From positions 1 through 16,642 of the forward strand of contig JBFJCP010000051.1 of assembly GCA_041615815.1 (NCBI GenBank): a stretch of DNA of 16,642 nucleotides. Reading direction: 5' to 3'. Under the pieces are notes generated by a model. It saw only the letters and a program-made list of their open reading frames with translations, ran no database searches and was not told where the DNA came from. Positions within the stretch are counted from its first letter, which is position 1. Each line of letters opens with the position of its first letter. Below are positions 1 through 13,432 of this stretch, piece by piece. The DNA comes from Gemmatimonadales bacterium. GTDB taxonomy: Bacteria; Gemmatimonadota; Gemmatimonadetes; Gemmatimonadales; GWC2-71-9. The translations under genes were made by a program, and so were the position numbers.

Positions 1-122
1 ACAACACGAAGATGACGATTGAGTTGATCACGCCGATCGCGATGGAGGAGGGGCTGCGCTTCGCGATTCGGGAAGGCGGCCGCACCGTCGGCGCCGGCGT
101 GGTCACCAAAATACTGGCCTAG
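1..122 (+). CDS. tuf: Elongation factor Tu, copy 1 (3' end only, truncated by window start)
   Basis: Frame starting at nt 3 reads [42 protein letters not shown](120-122), the conserved EF-Tu C-terminus; position before rpmG-secE is the usual tufB-like locus. Not in the ORF track. Confidence 0.97.
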   Translation, partial: NTKMTIELITPIAMEEGLRFAIREGGRTVGAGVVTKILA

Positions 123-146
123 CACCACCGAACCGCCGGGTAGGTT

Positions 147-299
147 ATGCCGAGAGACAAGGTCATTCTCGAGTGTACCGATTGTAAGAATCGGAACTAC
201 CACACGACGAAGAACAAGCGCAAGCATCCGGAACGAGTCGAGCGGCGCAAGTTCTGTCCTCGGTGCGGACGCCATCAGGTCCACAAAGAGACGAAGTAG
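147..299 (+). CDS. rpmG: 50S ribosomal protein L33, zinc-binding (C+) form, 50 aa
   Basis: ATG147..TAG299 translates to [50 protein letters not shown]; two CxxC pairs, RNY-TTKN and H-ETK motifs; AGGT just upstream. Too short for the ORF track. Confidence 0.97.
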   Translation: MPRDKVILECTDCKNRNYHTTKNKRKHPERVERRKFCPRCGRHQVHKETK

Positions 300-301
300 C
301 C

Positions 302-583
302 GTGGATCTGCCGTTGATCATCGGTGCTGGCGTGGTCGTGCTTCTGGCCGGCGTGTTGGCGGTTTGGCGTGAGCCCATCATGGCGTTCGCGCAGCGCAGT
401 GCGATTTTCGTGCAAGACGTGCGCGGGGAAGTCCGCAAAGTCACGTGGCCGACATGGGAGGATCTGCGGAAGTCGACGGTCGTGATCACGATTCTGGTGA
501 TCGTGATCGGCATCGTGATCGGCATTATGGACTTCCTGTTTTCGAAACTGTTGATCGATTTTCTGGGACGTGTCTTCGGGTGA
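302..583 (+). CDS. secE: Preprotein translocase subunit SecE
   Basis: Contains EVRKVTWPT followed by a hydrophobic helix ending in ...GIMDFLF; located between rpmG and nusG. Start uncertain: GTG302 (2 nt after the rpmG stop, 93 aa) or ATG380 (67 aa). Confidence 0.93.
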   Translation: MDLPLIIGAGVVVLLAGVLAVWREPIMAFAQRSAIFVQDVRGEVRKVTWPTWEDLRKSTVVITILVIVIGIVIGIMDFLFSKLLIDFLGRVFG

Positions 584-594
584 TTGAGACCGCG

Positions 595-1137
595 ATGGAA
601 CACAAGTGGTACGCGATTCAGACGACCGCCGGCCATGAGAATAAAGTGCGGTCGCTGATCGAGCGTCTCATTGCCAACGATCAGCGTGCGGAGGAGGAGA
701 AGCCGATCCGGCAGGCTCTGGTTCCCACGCAGCAGGCCGTCGAGATCAAGAACGGCAAGAAGGTCACGGTCGAGCGAAAGGTCTTTCCCGGATACGTGTT
801 GGTCGAGATGGTGCTGAATCAGGAGACTAGCCATCTCATCAACAGCGTTCAGGGTGTGATCAAGTTCGTGGGACAGGGGTGGACGCCACAGCCTTTGCGG
901 CAGGAGGAAGTCAACCGGCTCCTTGGGGTCGAGGTCGAAGCAGAGGAAGAGGAGCCGCGGGAAGAAATCCCCTTCATTCCCGGTCAGGTGGTCGAGATCA
1001 CGGAAGGGCCGTTTTCGGACTTCAGTGGGACCGTGGAGGAGGTGTTGTCGGACAAGGGCAAAGTCCGGGTGAGCGTCAGTCTGTTTGGACGTCCCACGAC
1101 GGTCGAGCTGGACTACTTACAGTTACGCGCCCACTAA
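595..1137 (+). CDS. nusG: Transcription termination/antitermination factor NusG
   Basis: MEHKWYAIQTTAGHENKV..., FPGYVLVEM, KOW domain GQVVEITEGPFSDFSGTVEEV, FGRPTTVEL. ATG595 chosen; in-frame GTG580 overlapping the secE stop (GTGA) is an alternative. Confidence 0.97.
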   Translation: MEHKWYAIQTTAGHENKVRSLIERLIANDQRAEEEKPIRQALVPTQQAVEIKNGKKVTVERKVFPGYVLVEMVLNQETSHLINSVQGVIKFVGQGWTPQPLRQEEVNRLLGVEVEAEEEEPREEIPFIPGQVVEITEGPFSDFSGTVEEVLSDKGKVRVSVSLFGRPTTVELDYLQLRAH

Positions 1138-1155
1138 CCAATGGCGCGCGTGTAG

Positions 1156-1189
1156 GACGTCGCCAACCACGGCGTTACGTGGGAGCGTT
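1156..1189 (+). promoter_or_regulatory. Candidate L1-binding autoregulatory RNA element in the rplK leader
   Basis: CCACG(1167-1171)/CGTGG(1178-1182) stem, then GA opposite a C/A-rich strand, then a second helix GACGT(1156-1160)/GCGTT(1185-1189); contains GTGGGAG as in L1 target sites; about 12 nt before the rplK SD (GAGGAG 1201-1206). Confidence 0.5.
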
Positions 1190-1214
1190 ACCAACGCGTT
1201 GAGGAGTCGTATGT

Positions 1215-1649
1215 ATGGCTGCACCAAAGAAGAAAGTCACTGCCTTTGTGAAGCTGCAGGTTCCGGCTGGGCAGGCGACACCGGCGCCGCCGGTGGGGAC
1301 GGCGCTGGGTCCGCACGGCGTGAACATCATGGATTTCTGTAAGCAGTTCAACGCCAAGACCCAGAGCGAGCCCGGGATGATCATTCCTGTCGAACTCACG
1401 ATCTATCAGGATCGGTCGTTCTCCTTCATTACCAAGACACCGCCCGCGGCGGTGTTGCTGAAGAAGGAGGCAGGTCTCGAAAAGGCGTCCGGCATGCCCA
1501 ACCGAGACAAAGTCGGGAAGGTGACGTCGGCACAGGTTCGCAAGATCGCCGAGCTCAAGATGCCGGACCTCAACGCCAACGACGTCGAAGCGGCGATGAA
1601 GATCATTGCCGGCACCGCGCGTTCGATGGGTGTCGAGGTGGAGGACTGA
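1215..1649 (+). CDS. rplK: 50S ribosomal protein L11
   Basis: [20 protein letters not shown]...[11 protein letters not shown]...KTPPAA...GTARSMG; SD GAGGAG 8 nt upstream of ATG1215. Confidence 0.99.
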   Translation: MAAPKKKVTAFVKLQVPAGQATPAPPVGTALGPHGVNIMDFCKQFNAKTQSEPGMIIPVELTIYQDRSFSFITKTPPAAVLLKKEAGLEKASGMPNRDKVGKVTSAQVRKIAELKMPDLNANDVEAAMKIIAGTARSMGVEVED

Positions 1650-2338
1650 TGGCGGGCGGGGGGAAGAAATATCGATCGGCCGCCGCCACGATCGACCGAG
1701 AGCAGCTCCACGAGCCGGCCGGGGCCGTCGCGGCCGTGAAAGATGCCGCCTTTGCGAAGTTCGACGAGACCGTGGAGATCGCCGTCAACCTCGGCGTTGA
1801 TCCCCGTCACGCGGATCAGATCGTGCGGGGGACGGTCGTGTTGCCGCACGGAACCGGGAAGACGGTCCGCGTGCTCGTGATCGCTCAGGGCGACAAGGCG
1901 AAAGAGGCCGAGGCCGCCGGTGCGGATTTCGTTGGTCCGGATTACATCGAGCAGATCAAAGGTGGATGGTTGGACTGCGATGTCGTCATCGCCACGCCGG
2001 ACATGATGGGCAAAGTGGGACCGCTGGGCCGGATTCTCGGACCGCGAGGTCTCATGCCCAATCCCAAGTCGGGGACCGTCACGATGGACGTGGGTCGAGC
2101 GGTGAAGGACGTGAAGGCAGGAAAGATCGAGTTTCGCGTGGACAAGACCGGCAACCTGCACGCACCGATTGGCAAGGTGTCCTTTGGCGCCGGGCCGTTG
2201 GCCGAAAACCTGACGGTCTTCATGGAGGCGGTCGTCCGCGCCAAGCCCTCGGCAGCGAAAGGCACGTATGTGCGTTCGGTGACCGTCTCCAGCACGATGG
2301 GACCGGGCGTTCGGATCGATCCGGCGGTGTTCCGATGA
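1649..2338 (+). CDS. rplA: 50S ribosomal protein L1
   Basis: AKFDETVE...[24 protein letters not shown]...[16 protein letters not shown]...SSTMGPG; TGATG overlap with the rplK stop. Confidence 0.99.
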   Translation: MAGGGKKYRSAAATIDREQLHEPAGAVAAVKDAAFAKFDETVEIAVNLGVDPRHADQIVRGTVVLPHGTGKTVRVLVIAQGDKAKEAEAAGADFVGPDYIEQIKGGWLDCDVVIATPDMMGKVGPLGRILGPRGLMPNPKSGTVTMDVGRAVKDVKAGKIEFRVDKTGNLHAPIGKVSFGAGPLAENLTVFMEAVVRAKPSAAKGTYVRSVTVSSTMGPGVRIDPAVFR

Positions 2339-2856
2339 ACAAAGGCAAGAAGATCGAGGCCGTGGATACACTCGCCACACGGCTGGCGGCGTCGCCCAAC
2401 TTCTACCTCACGGACTTCACCGGCATCGCGGTAAAGCCGATGACCCAATTGCGTCGGCAGCTGCGCGAAGCCGGCGGTGAATACGTCGTCGTCAAGAACA
2501 CATTGGCCCTGCGCGCGTTTTCGAGCACCGCGGTGGAAGGACTGGACGATCTCTTCAAGGGTCCCACGGGCGTCGTGTTTGCCGGGGCGGATCCGCTGGT
2601 TGCGGCGAAGGTCCTCGCCGAGTTTCAGAAGGACCACGAGACGCTCCTGATCAAAGCGGGGCTCATCGACGGTCGCGCCATGACGGCAGCGCAAGTGAGC
2701 CGGCTGGCGTCGCTGCCGCCGAAGGATCAGTTGATGGGGCAACTTGCCGGCACGTTCCAGGCCCCACTCCAGGGGTTCGTTGGGGCGCTCAGCGGCCTGT
2801 TGACGCAAATGGTGGGTGCCCTCGAGGCGCTCCGTCGTCAGCGCGCAAACGGGTAA
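2335..2856 (+). CDS. rplJ: 50S ribosomal protein L10 (173 aa)
   Basis: [10 protein letters not shown]...LRRQLREAG...VVKNTL...GPT...[13 protein letters not shown]2335 overlaps the rplA stop (ATGA). The 123 aa upstream in the ORF track is alternative-frame sequence inside rplA. Confidence 0.97.
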   Translation: MNKGKKIEAVDTLATRLAASPNFYLTDFTGIAVKPMTQLRRQLREAGGEYVVVKNTLALRAFSSTAVEGLDDLFKGPTGVVFAGADPLVAAKVLAEFQKDHETLLIKAGLIDGRAMTAAQVSRLASLPPKDQLMGQLAGTFQAPLQGFVGALSGLLTQMVGALEALRRQRANG

Positions 2857-2878
2857 CATTCTTCACAGCGAGATAACG

Positions 2879-3268
2879 ATGGCAACGAAGACCCTCAGCA
2901 AGGACGATATTCTCGACGCGATCGGCAACATGTCGGTCACGGACCTGGCGGACCTGATCGAGGCGTTCAAAGAGAAGTTCAACGTCACGATCGCCGCCGC
3001 GCCGGTGGCCGCCGCGCCGGCCGCTGGGGCTGGTGCCGCTCCTGCGGAAGAGGAGCAGAGCGAGTTCACGGTCGTCCTCAAGGATGTCGGGTCCAAGAAG
3101 ATCCAGGTCATCAAGGCTGTTCGGGAAGTCACATCGCTGGGGTTGAAGGAGGCCAAGGATGTGGTCGACTCGGCTCCCGGAACGCTGAAGGAAGGCGTAT
3201 CCAAAGAAGAGGCGGAGACTATCAAGAAGAAGCTCGAAGAGCAGGGCGCAACCGTCGAGCTGAAGTAG
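2879..3268 (+). CDS. rplL: 50S ribosomal protein L7/L12 (129 aa)
   Basis: [10 protein letters not shown]...Ala/Pro hinge...[10 protein letters not shown]...[18 protein letters not shown]...GATVELK; ATG2879. Confidence 0.99.
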   Translation: MATKTLSKDDILDAIGNMSVTDLADLIEAFKEKFNVTIAAAPVAAAPAAGAGAAPAEEEQSEFTVVLKDVGSKKIQVIKAVREVTSLGLKEAKDVVDSAPGTLKEGVSKEEAETIKKKLEEQGATVELK

Positions 3269-3278
3269 GCCGGACACG

Positions 3279-3300
3279 GCCCACCCGCACACGGGTGGGT
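3279..3300 (+). other. GC-rich stem-loop just after the rplL stop (stability/pause hairpin; no U-tract)
   Basis: GCCCACCCG-CACA-CGGGTGGGT, 9-bp stem with a terminal G-U pair. Confidence 0.55.
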
Positions 3301-3368
3301 GCCCACTGGCCACCTCAGCTGAGACGGTATGCTCGAACTGACGATCGATCCCTGCTGTTTAACCACTC

Positions 3369-3419
3369 GCCCCGCCGCCCGCCGGCTCTCGGCCGGCTGC
3401 GGCGCCCGGGGCTCTTTGT
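3369..3419 (+). terminator. Candidate attenuator/leaky intrinsic terminator upstream of rpoB
   Basis: Long imperfect hairpin: GCCC(3369-72)/GGGC(3409-12), CGCCGC(3373-78)/GCGGCG(3399-3404), GCCGGC(3381-86)/GCCGGC(3392-97), followed by TCTTTGT. Position is analogous to the rplL-rpoB attenuator of E. coli. Confidence 0.45.
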
Positions 3420-3437
3420 GCTGCGTGAGGATTGGCG

Positions 3438-7934
<4,497 letters not shown>

Positions 7935-7944
7935 GAGACGACCG

Positions 7945-10900
7945 ATGATCGATTTTCGCAGCGCACGCGATACCCGAGGCTCCAGCTTCGATTTCATTCG
8001 GATTCGCATCGCGAGCCCGGAGGAGATTCGCGGACCCCGCGACCCGAAGGAACGGGAGCGGCTGGCCCTGCAGGGTCAGCGCACCTGGTGGTCGTGGGGT
8101 GAGGTGACGAAGCCCGAGACCATCAACTACCGGTCGTTCAAACCGGAGAAAGATGGCTTGTTCTGCGAGCGCATCTTCGGGCCGGTCAAGGACTGGGAGT
8201 GTCACTGCGGTAAGTACAAGCGGATCCGGTACCGGGGGGTTGTCTGCGACCGATGTGGCGTCGAGGTCACGCTCTCGAAGGTCCGGCGGGAACGCATGGG
8301 CCACATCGAGCTGGCAGTGCCGGTGGCGCACATCTGGTTCTTCAAGACCCTGCCCAGTCCCATGGGCAATCTGCTCGACTTCACGCTCCGTGACCTCGAG
8401 CGCGTCATCTACTATACCAACTACGTCGTCATCGATCCGGGCGAGCAGGAGGTCAAGGAGCGAGAGCTGCTCGACGAGGAAACGTACCTCGAGCTCCGTG
8501 CCAAGGCGAAGGCGGAAAAAGACACCGCATTCAACGCGGACATCGGGGCACCAGCGGTGCGAGAGCTGCTGAACCGGCTCGATGTGGACAAGCTGTCCGA
8601 GGACCTCCGGAAGGGCATCGTCGACGAGACGAGCCAGCATCGCAAGAAGCAAATGCTCAAGCGGTTGAAGATCCTGGACGCATTCCGCAACTCCGGGGAT
8701 ACGGACGAGCGGAACAACCCAGCGTGGATGATCTTGGATGTGGTCCCCGTCATCCCGCCGGACTTGCGACCGCTCGTACCGCTCGACGGAGGGCGGTTTG
8801 CCACGAGTGACTTGAATGACCTCTATCGGCGGGTGATCAACCGGAACAACCGGTTGCAGAAGCTCATCCAGCATCGTGCGCCGGAGGTCATTCTGCGCAA
8901 CGAGAAGCGGATGCTGCAGGAGGCCGTCGATGCATTGTTCGACAACGGTCGACGCTCGAAGGCCATCCGCGGACGGGGAAAGCGACCCCTGAAGTCGTTG
9001 TCGGACATGCTCAAGGGGAAACAGGGGCGGTTCCGGCAGAATCTCTTGGGCAAGCGGGTGGATTACTCCGGCCGATCGGTGATCGTCGTTGGACCGGAGC
9101 TCCGCTTGCATCAATGTGGTTTGCCGAAGACGATGGCGGTCGAGCTCTTCAAACCCTTCATCATTCACAAGCTCGTGGAGAAGGGCATTGCCGAGACCGT
9201 GAAGCGTGCCAAGAAGATCGTGGAGCGCGAGAGTCCTGAAGTGTATGAGATTCTCGAGGAGATCATTCACGATCATCCAGTCCTCTTGAACCGTGCCCCA
9301 ACCCTGCACCGCTTGGGCATTCAGGCGTTCGAGCCGGTGCTGGTGGAGGGGAAAGCCATCCGGATTCACCCGCTCGTGTGCGCAGCGTTCAACGCGGACT
9401 TCGACGGCGATCAGATGGCGGTCCACGTTCCCCTGTCGTTCGAGAGCCAGCTGGAAGCGCGCGTGTTGATGATCTCCAGCAACAACATCCTGAAGCCGTC
9501 CGACGGTAAACCCGTCGCCGAGCCGAGTCAGGATATGGTGCTGGGTTGCTATTTCCTCACCAAGACGCCCGACGACTTCGAGGAGTTGATCAACGACGCA
9601 CCGCGGGTCGGGTCGCTGGCCGAAGTGGAGAGCGCGGTCGCAGCGGGGCGGATGACGTTCCATTCACCCGTCCAGTTCTGGTACCAGCCGCCGCCAGAGG
9701 CCGAGGATCAGACCGGCGGGTGGATTCCCACCACGGCGGGCCGAGTCTTATTCAACAGTATTCTCCCGCGACAGGTCATTGCGGAGTGGGGCTTTCAGAA
9801 CACCGTCACCCCCAAGCGGAGGCTTTCGCAACTGGTCTTCGAGTCCTACCGGTGCGGCGGATTGGCCGAGACGGTCCAATTCCTCGATCGCCTCAAGGAG
9901 TTCGGTTTCCGGTACGCGACCGTCGGGGGCGTATCGATTGGCGTCGAAGATCTGGAGATCCCGCCAGAAAAAGAGGACATTCTTAACGACGCCACGACGC
10001 GCGTAGAGCGATTCCAGAAAGCGTACGCCACCGGCCAGATCACCTTTGGCGAGCGGTACAACAAGGTGATCGATGCCTGGACTCACGCGAACAACGACAT
10101 CGCGGAGGCGATGGTCCGCAACCTCGGCCGGGCGCGGCAAGGGTTCAATCCGGTGTACATGATGTTCGATTCGGGCAGCCGGGGGAGCCGGGACCAGATC
10201 CGTCAGCTGGCTGGGATGCGAGGTCTGATGGCCAAGCCGCAGAAGAAGCTCACCGGTGGGATCGGTGAGGTGATCGAAAGCCCCATCCGGTCGAACTTCC
10301 GCGAAGGCCTCTCGGTGCTCGAGTACTTCATCTCGACTCACGGTGCTCGGAAAGGTCTGGCCGACACGGCGCTCAAAACCGCCGACGCCGGGTATCTCAC
10401 CCGTCGCCTCGTTGATGTTGCACAGGACGTCACGGTTACCGAGGAAGACTGCGGGACGATTCTCGGGCTCGAGATTTCAGCGCTCAAAGAGGGCGAAGAT
10501 ATCATCGAGCCACTGCGGGAGCGTATCGTGGGCAACGTCGCGGCCGACGACGTGTTCGATCCGCACGAACGCGACGAACACGGCGATCCCAAGTTGCTGA
10601 TCGCCGCCGGCAGCCTGATCGATGAGGAAACCGCCGCCGGCATCGAGGATTCGGGCATCGAAAAGGTCAAGATCCGCTCGGTCCTCACCTGTGAGGCGCG
10701 ACGCGGCATCTGCCGGATGTGTTATGGCCGTAACCTGGCCACCATGCAGATGGTGGATCTCGGAGAGGCGGTCGGTATTCTGGCCGCTCAGTCGATTGGT
10801 GAGCCGGGAACGCAGCTCACACTGCGAACATTCCACATTGGCGGAACGGCCGCCCGTATCGCCGAACAGACCGCGCGGAAGACCAAGCTGGAGGGCGACC

Positions 10901-12231
10901 TCAGTTACGGCGAACGCCTCCAGGTGGTGGAGGTCCCGGACGAGAACAAGAGCAAGATCGTGACGGGCTACGACGGCGAGCTGATTCTAAAGGACCCCGA
11001 CGGTCACGTGCGCTCGAGGTTTCAAGTCCCGTTGGGGGCCACGCTCAAGGTGCACGACGGAGACCACGTCAAGCGGGACAGCCTCTTGTTCACGTGGGAT
11101 CCGTACAGCAATCCCATCATCACGGACGTTCCGGGCCGGGTCCGGTTCGTGGACATCATCGAGGACGAGACGGTTCGAGAGGAGCTCGACGAGATTACGG
11201 GGCTGCGGCAGCGGGTCATCGTGGAGGATCGCGAAAAGAAACTGCACCCGCACATCGAGATCGTCCAAAAGAAGGGTGACAAAGAACGGAGGATTCGGGA
11301 CTACGTCATCCCCGAAGGTGCACAACTGACCGTTGAGGATGGCGAAAACGTACACGCCGGGCGCACGCTGGCCAAGATCTCGCGGGAGGCGTACAAGACC
11401 CGGGATATCACCGGCGGGCTGCCGCGCGTCGCGGAGCTGTTCGAGGCCCGACGTCCCAAAGACCCGGCCACCATCTCCGAAATCGATGGAGTGGTCAAGT
11501 TCGGAGACATCAAACGAGGCAAGCGGGAGATCTTCGTGCACCCCGACGCCGGCGAGCCCCAGCTCTACGAAGTGCCCGCCGGGAAACACCTTCGCGTCCA
11601 CGAAGGTGACAAGGTTCGGGCTGGCGACCGGCTGACCGAGGGTCCCGTCAACCCGCACGACATTCTGCGGATCAAGGGTCCCCGCGCCGTCCAGGAGTAT
11701 CTCCTGAATGAAGTGCAGGAGGTGTACCGGCTCCAGGGTGTGAAGATCAACGACAAGCACATTGGCGTCATCGTCCGTCAGATGCTGCAAAAAGTGCGGG
11801 TGCTCGACCCCGGGGATACGGATTTCTTGGAAGGCGAGAACGTGGACAAGGTGGTCTTCCGGGAGAAGAACGAACGCGTCGTGGTCAAGGGTGGGAAGCC
11901 ATCCACGAGCGAGCCGTTGCTCCTGGGTATCACGAAGGCGTCGCTCACGACCCAGTCGTTCATCTCGGCCGCCTCCTTCCAGGAGACCACCCGCGTGCTG
12001 ACCGACGCGGCCATCCGCGGGGCCCGGGATGATCTCTTGGGTCTCAAGGAGAACATCATCATCGGGCACCTGATCCCAGCCGGCACGGGGATCTACCGGT
12101 ATTCCGAGATCGAAATCGAGCCACCGGCGGGGTTCGAGGCACCGGCGCCTCCCGAGGTCGAGGAGACCGAGGGTGCGCCCAGCCCGTTTGTCGCCCCCCC
12201 AGCCAAGGAACCGGCCGAGGCGGAAGCCTAA
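7945..12231 (+). CDS. rpoC: DNA-directed RNA polymerase subunit beta' (1428 aa)
   Basis: Zinc finger CHCGKY...CDRC, catalytic NADFDGD (9391-9411), bridge helix [26 protein letters not shown], trigger loop [13 protein letters not shown] with an ~180-aa beta'i6/SI3-type insertion before [16 protein letters not shown] 7933-7937. Confidence 0.99.
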   Translation: MIDFRSARDTRGSSFDFIRIRIASPEEIRGPRDPKERERLALQGQRTWWSWGEVTKPETINYRSFKPEKDGLFCERIFGPVKDWECHCGKYKRIRYRGVVCDRCGVEVTLSKVRRERMGHIELAVPVAHIWFFKTLPSPMGNLLDFTLRDLERVIYYTNYVVIDPGEQEVKERELLDEETYLELRAKAKAEKDTAFNADIGAPAVRELLNRLDVDKLSEDLRKGIVDETSQHRKKQMLKRLKILDAFRNSGDTDERNNPAWMILDVVPVIPPDLRPLVPLDGGRFATSDLNDLYRRVINRNNRLQKLIQHRAPEVILRNEKRMLQEAVDALFDNGRRSKAIRGRGKRPLKSLSDMLKGKQGRFRQNLLGKRVDYSGRSVIVVGPELRLHQCGLPKTMAVELFKPFIIHKLVEKGIAETVKRAKKIVERESPEVYEILEEIIHDHPVLLNRAPTLHRLGIQAFEPVLVEGKAIRIHPLVCAAFNADFDGDQMAVHVPLSFESQLEARVLMISSNNILKPSDGKPVAEPSQDMVLGCYFLTKTPDDFEELINDAPRVGSLAEVESAVAAGRMTFHSPVQFWYQPPPEAEDQTGGWIPTTAGRVLFNSILPRQVIAEWGFQNTVTPKRRLSQLVFESYRCGGLAETVQFLDRLKEFGFRYATVGGVSIGVEDLEIPPEKEDILNDATTRVERFQKAYATGQITFGERYNKVIDAWTHANNDIAEAMVRNLGRARQGFNPVYMMFDSGSRGSRDQIRQLAGMRGLMAKPQKKLTGGIGEVIESPIRSNFREGLSVLEYFISTHGARKGLADTALKTADAGYLTRRLVDVAQDVTVTEEDCGTILGLEISALKEGEDIIEPLRERIVGNVAADDVFDPHERDEHGDPKLLIAAGSLIDEETAAGIEDSGIEKVKIRSVLTCEARRGICRMCYGRNLATMQMVDLGEAVGILAAQSIGEPGTQLTLRTFHIGGTAARIAEQTARKTKLEGDLSYGERLQVVEVPDENKSKIVTGYDGELILKDPDGHVRSRFQVPLGATLKVHDGDHVKRDSLLFTWDPYSNPIITDVPGRVRFVDIIEDETVREELDEITGLRQRVIVEDREKKLHPHIEIVQKKGDKERRIRDYVIPEGAQLTVEDGENVHAGRTLAKISREAYKTRDITGGLPRVAELFEARRPKDPATISEIDGVVKFGDIKRGKREIFVHPDAGEPQLYEVPAGKHLRVHEGDKVRAGDRLTEGPVNPHDILRIKGPRAVQEYLLNEVQEVYRLQGVKINDKHIGVIVRQMLQKVRVLDPGDTDFLEGENVDKVVFREKNERVVVKGGKPSTSEPLLLGITKASLTTQSFISAASFQETTRVLTDAAIRGARDDLLGLKENIIIGHLIPAGTGIYRYSEIEIEPPAGFEAPAPPEVEETEGAPSPFVAPPAKEPAEAEA

Positions 12232-12288
12232 CCGTCCCAGGCCCCTCGAGCTGGCGGGGGGGTGAAGTGGCAGAAGATGGGCCGGCCC

Positions 12289-12317
12289 TTGACGTTAGGG
12301 GTCGGCCCCTCTACGTT
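12289..12317 (+). promoter_or_regulatory. Sigma70-type promoter for the str operon (rpsL-rpsG-fusA-tuf)
   Basis: TTGACG (12289-12294), 17-nt spacer, TACGTT (12312-12317); predicts a start near 12323-12325, about 50 nt upstream of rpsL. Confidence 0.75.
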
Positions 12318-12322
12318 CCCTA

Positions 12323-12366
12323 GGCTATGGCCGATCCGTTTGTGTGATTGGCTGCCCGAGTTTTTT
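12323..12366 (+). promoter_or_regulatory. Hairpin plus U-tract in the rpsL 5' leader
   Basis: GGCCGATC(12329-36)/GATTGGCT(12346-53), extended by GGC(12323-25)/GCC(12354-56), then T6 at 12361-12366. Confidence 0.4.
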
Positions 12367-12375
12367 GCGAGTGTC

Positions 12376-12747
12376 ATGCCGACGATCAACCAGTTAGTCC
12401 GTCAGGGACGTAAAGCGGTTCCCAAGGTCGAGAAAGCGCCCGCGCTCAAGGGAAATCCCCAGAAGCGCGGGGTGTGTACGCGGGTGTATACCACCACCCC
12501 CAAGAAGCCCAACTCGGCGCTCCGGAAGGTGGCCCGGGTCCGGCTGACCAATGGGTTCGAGGTGACGAGCTACATCCCGGGGGAAGGACACAACCTCCAG
12601 GAGCACAGCATCGTCTTGATTCGGGGCGGACGGGTGAAGGATCTGCCCGGTGTGCGCTACCATATCATCCGGGGCACGCTGGACGCGGCCGGCGTGGCGG
12701 ACCGCAAACAGAGTCGGTCCAAGTACGGGGCCAAGAGGCCCAAATGA
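12376..12747 (+). CDS. rpsL: 30S ribosomal protein S12 (123 aa)
   Basis: MPTINQLVR...[27 protein letters not shown]...[13 protein letters not shown]...[10 protein letters not shown]; true start ATG12376, not 12262. Confidence 0.99.
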   Translation: MPTINQLVRQGRKAVPKVEKAPALKGNPQKRGVCTRVYTTTPKKPNSALRKVARVRLTNGFEVTSYIPGEGHNLQEHSIVLIRGGRVKDLPGVRYHIIRGTLDAAGVADRKQSRSKYGAKRPK

Positions 12748-13214
12748 GCCGGCGGCAACGAGCGATCCGGCGTCCTGTCCCGGCTGACCCGCGGTATGAC
12801 AGCCAGACGGTCACGAAGTTCTTGAACAAGCTGATGTACGACGGAAAAAAGTCGACGGCTGAAGGCATTTTCTACAGCGCCATGGATCTGATCGAGCAAC
12901 GCACGGGTCAGCCGGGCGTGCAGGTGTTCAAACAGGCGGTGAACAACGTCAAGCCGGTGTTGGAGGTCAAGAGCCGGCGCGTGGGCGGCGCCACTTATCA
13001 GGTCCCGGTGGAGGTCCGCCCGGATCGCCGCACGTCACTGGCCATGCGGTGGATCATCGGGTTCACCCGCAGTCGCAGTGAGAAATCGATGCCGGAGCGA
13101 CTGGCGGCGGAGCTGATTTCCGCCTCCAAGGGTGAGGGCAACGCGATCAAGAAGAAAGAGGATACGCACCGGATGGCGGAGGCGAACCGCGCCTTTGCGC
13201 ACTACCGGTGGTAG
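12744..13214 (+). CDS. rpsG: 30S ribosomal protein S7 (156 aa)
   Basis: MSRRQRA...DGKKSTAE...[18 protein letters not shown]...[19 protein letters not shown] overlap with the rpsL stop. Confidence 0.99.
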   Translation: MSRRQRAIRRPVPADPRYDSQTVTKFLNKLMYDGKKSTAEGIFYSAMDLIEQRTGQPGVQVFKQAVNNVKPVLEVKSRRVGGATYQVPVEVRPDRRTSLAMRWIIGFTRSRSEKSMPERLAAELISASKGEGNAIKKKEDTHRMAEANRAFAHYRW

Positions 13215-13226
13215 CGTAGATAAGTG

Positions 13227-13432
13227 TGAGGTGCGAGGGGATGGGGTAGCCGAGCACGTGGCGGCCCCAAGCCGAGCGCCTCGAACCGGAAACCTCTAAA
13301 CGATATCCGGAGCCGCCCCCGCGGGCGCCCGGCGGTGCAGGGTTGAGACCCGGCCGAATGCGGAGCGAGACCTGTCCTGCCTCAAGGATGACGGTCGCCC
13401 CGCTTTTGTACTGCCCTGCAAGGCAGGCGTAC
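13227..13432 (+). ncRNA. Putative structured cis-regulatory RNA/leader between rpsG and fusA (family unknown)
   Basis: 254-nt non-coding spacer with six consecutive hand-folded stems, one followed by TTTT (13404-13407); no credible ORF; matches no RNA family I recognise. Confidence 0.45.

Noticed and set aside
445..594. N-terminal extensions in the ORF track for nusG (also secE 263, rplJ 1966, rplL 2816, rpsL 12262, rpsG 12474, fusA 13457)
   Set aside because: They overlap upstream genes or promoters in other frames and lack homology; downstream starts match family N-termini and SD or overlap signals.
10860..11400. Large insertion in the RpoC trigger loop as a novelty
   Set aside because: Size and position match the known beta'i6/SI3 SBHM insertion found in E. 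coli and many Gram-negative phyla.
12490..12650. Streptomycin-resistance substitutions in S12
   Set aside because: TPKKPNS and RVKDLPG are wild-type.
13228..13360. tRNA, tmRNA, 6S, SRP or group II intron remnant in the rpsG-fusA spacer
   Set aside because: Only superficial hints (GGGGTAGCCGAGC resembles a tRNA 5' end, GGGTTGAGACCC a T-arm lacking the conserved C, GTGCG an intron start); no cloverleaf, CCA end, SRP loop or domain V could be built.
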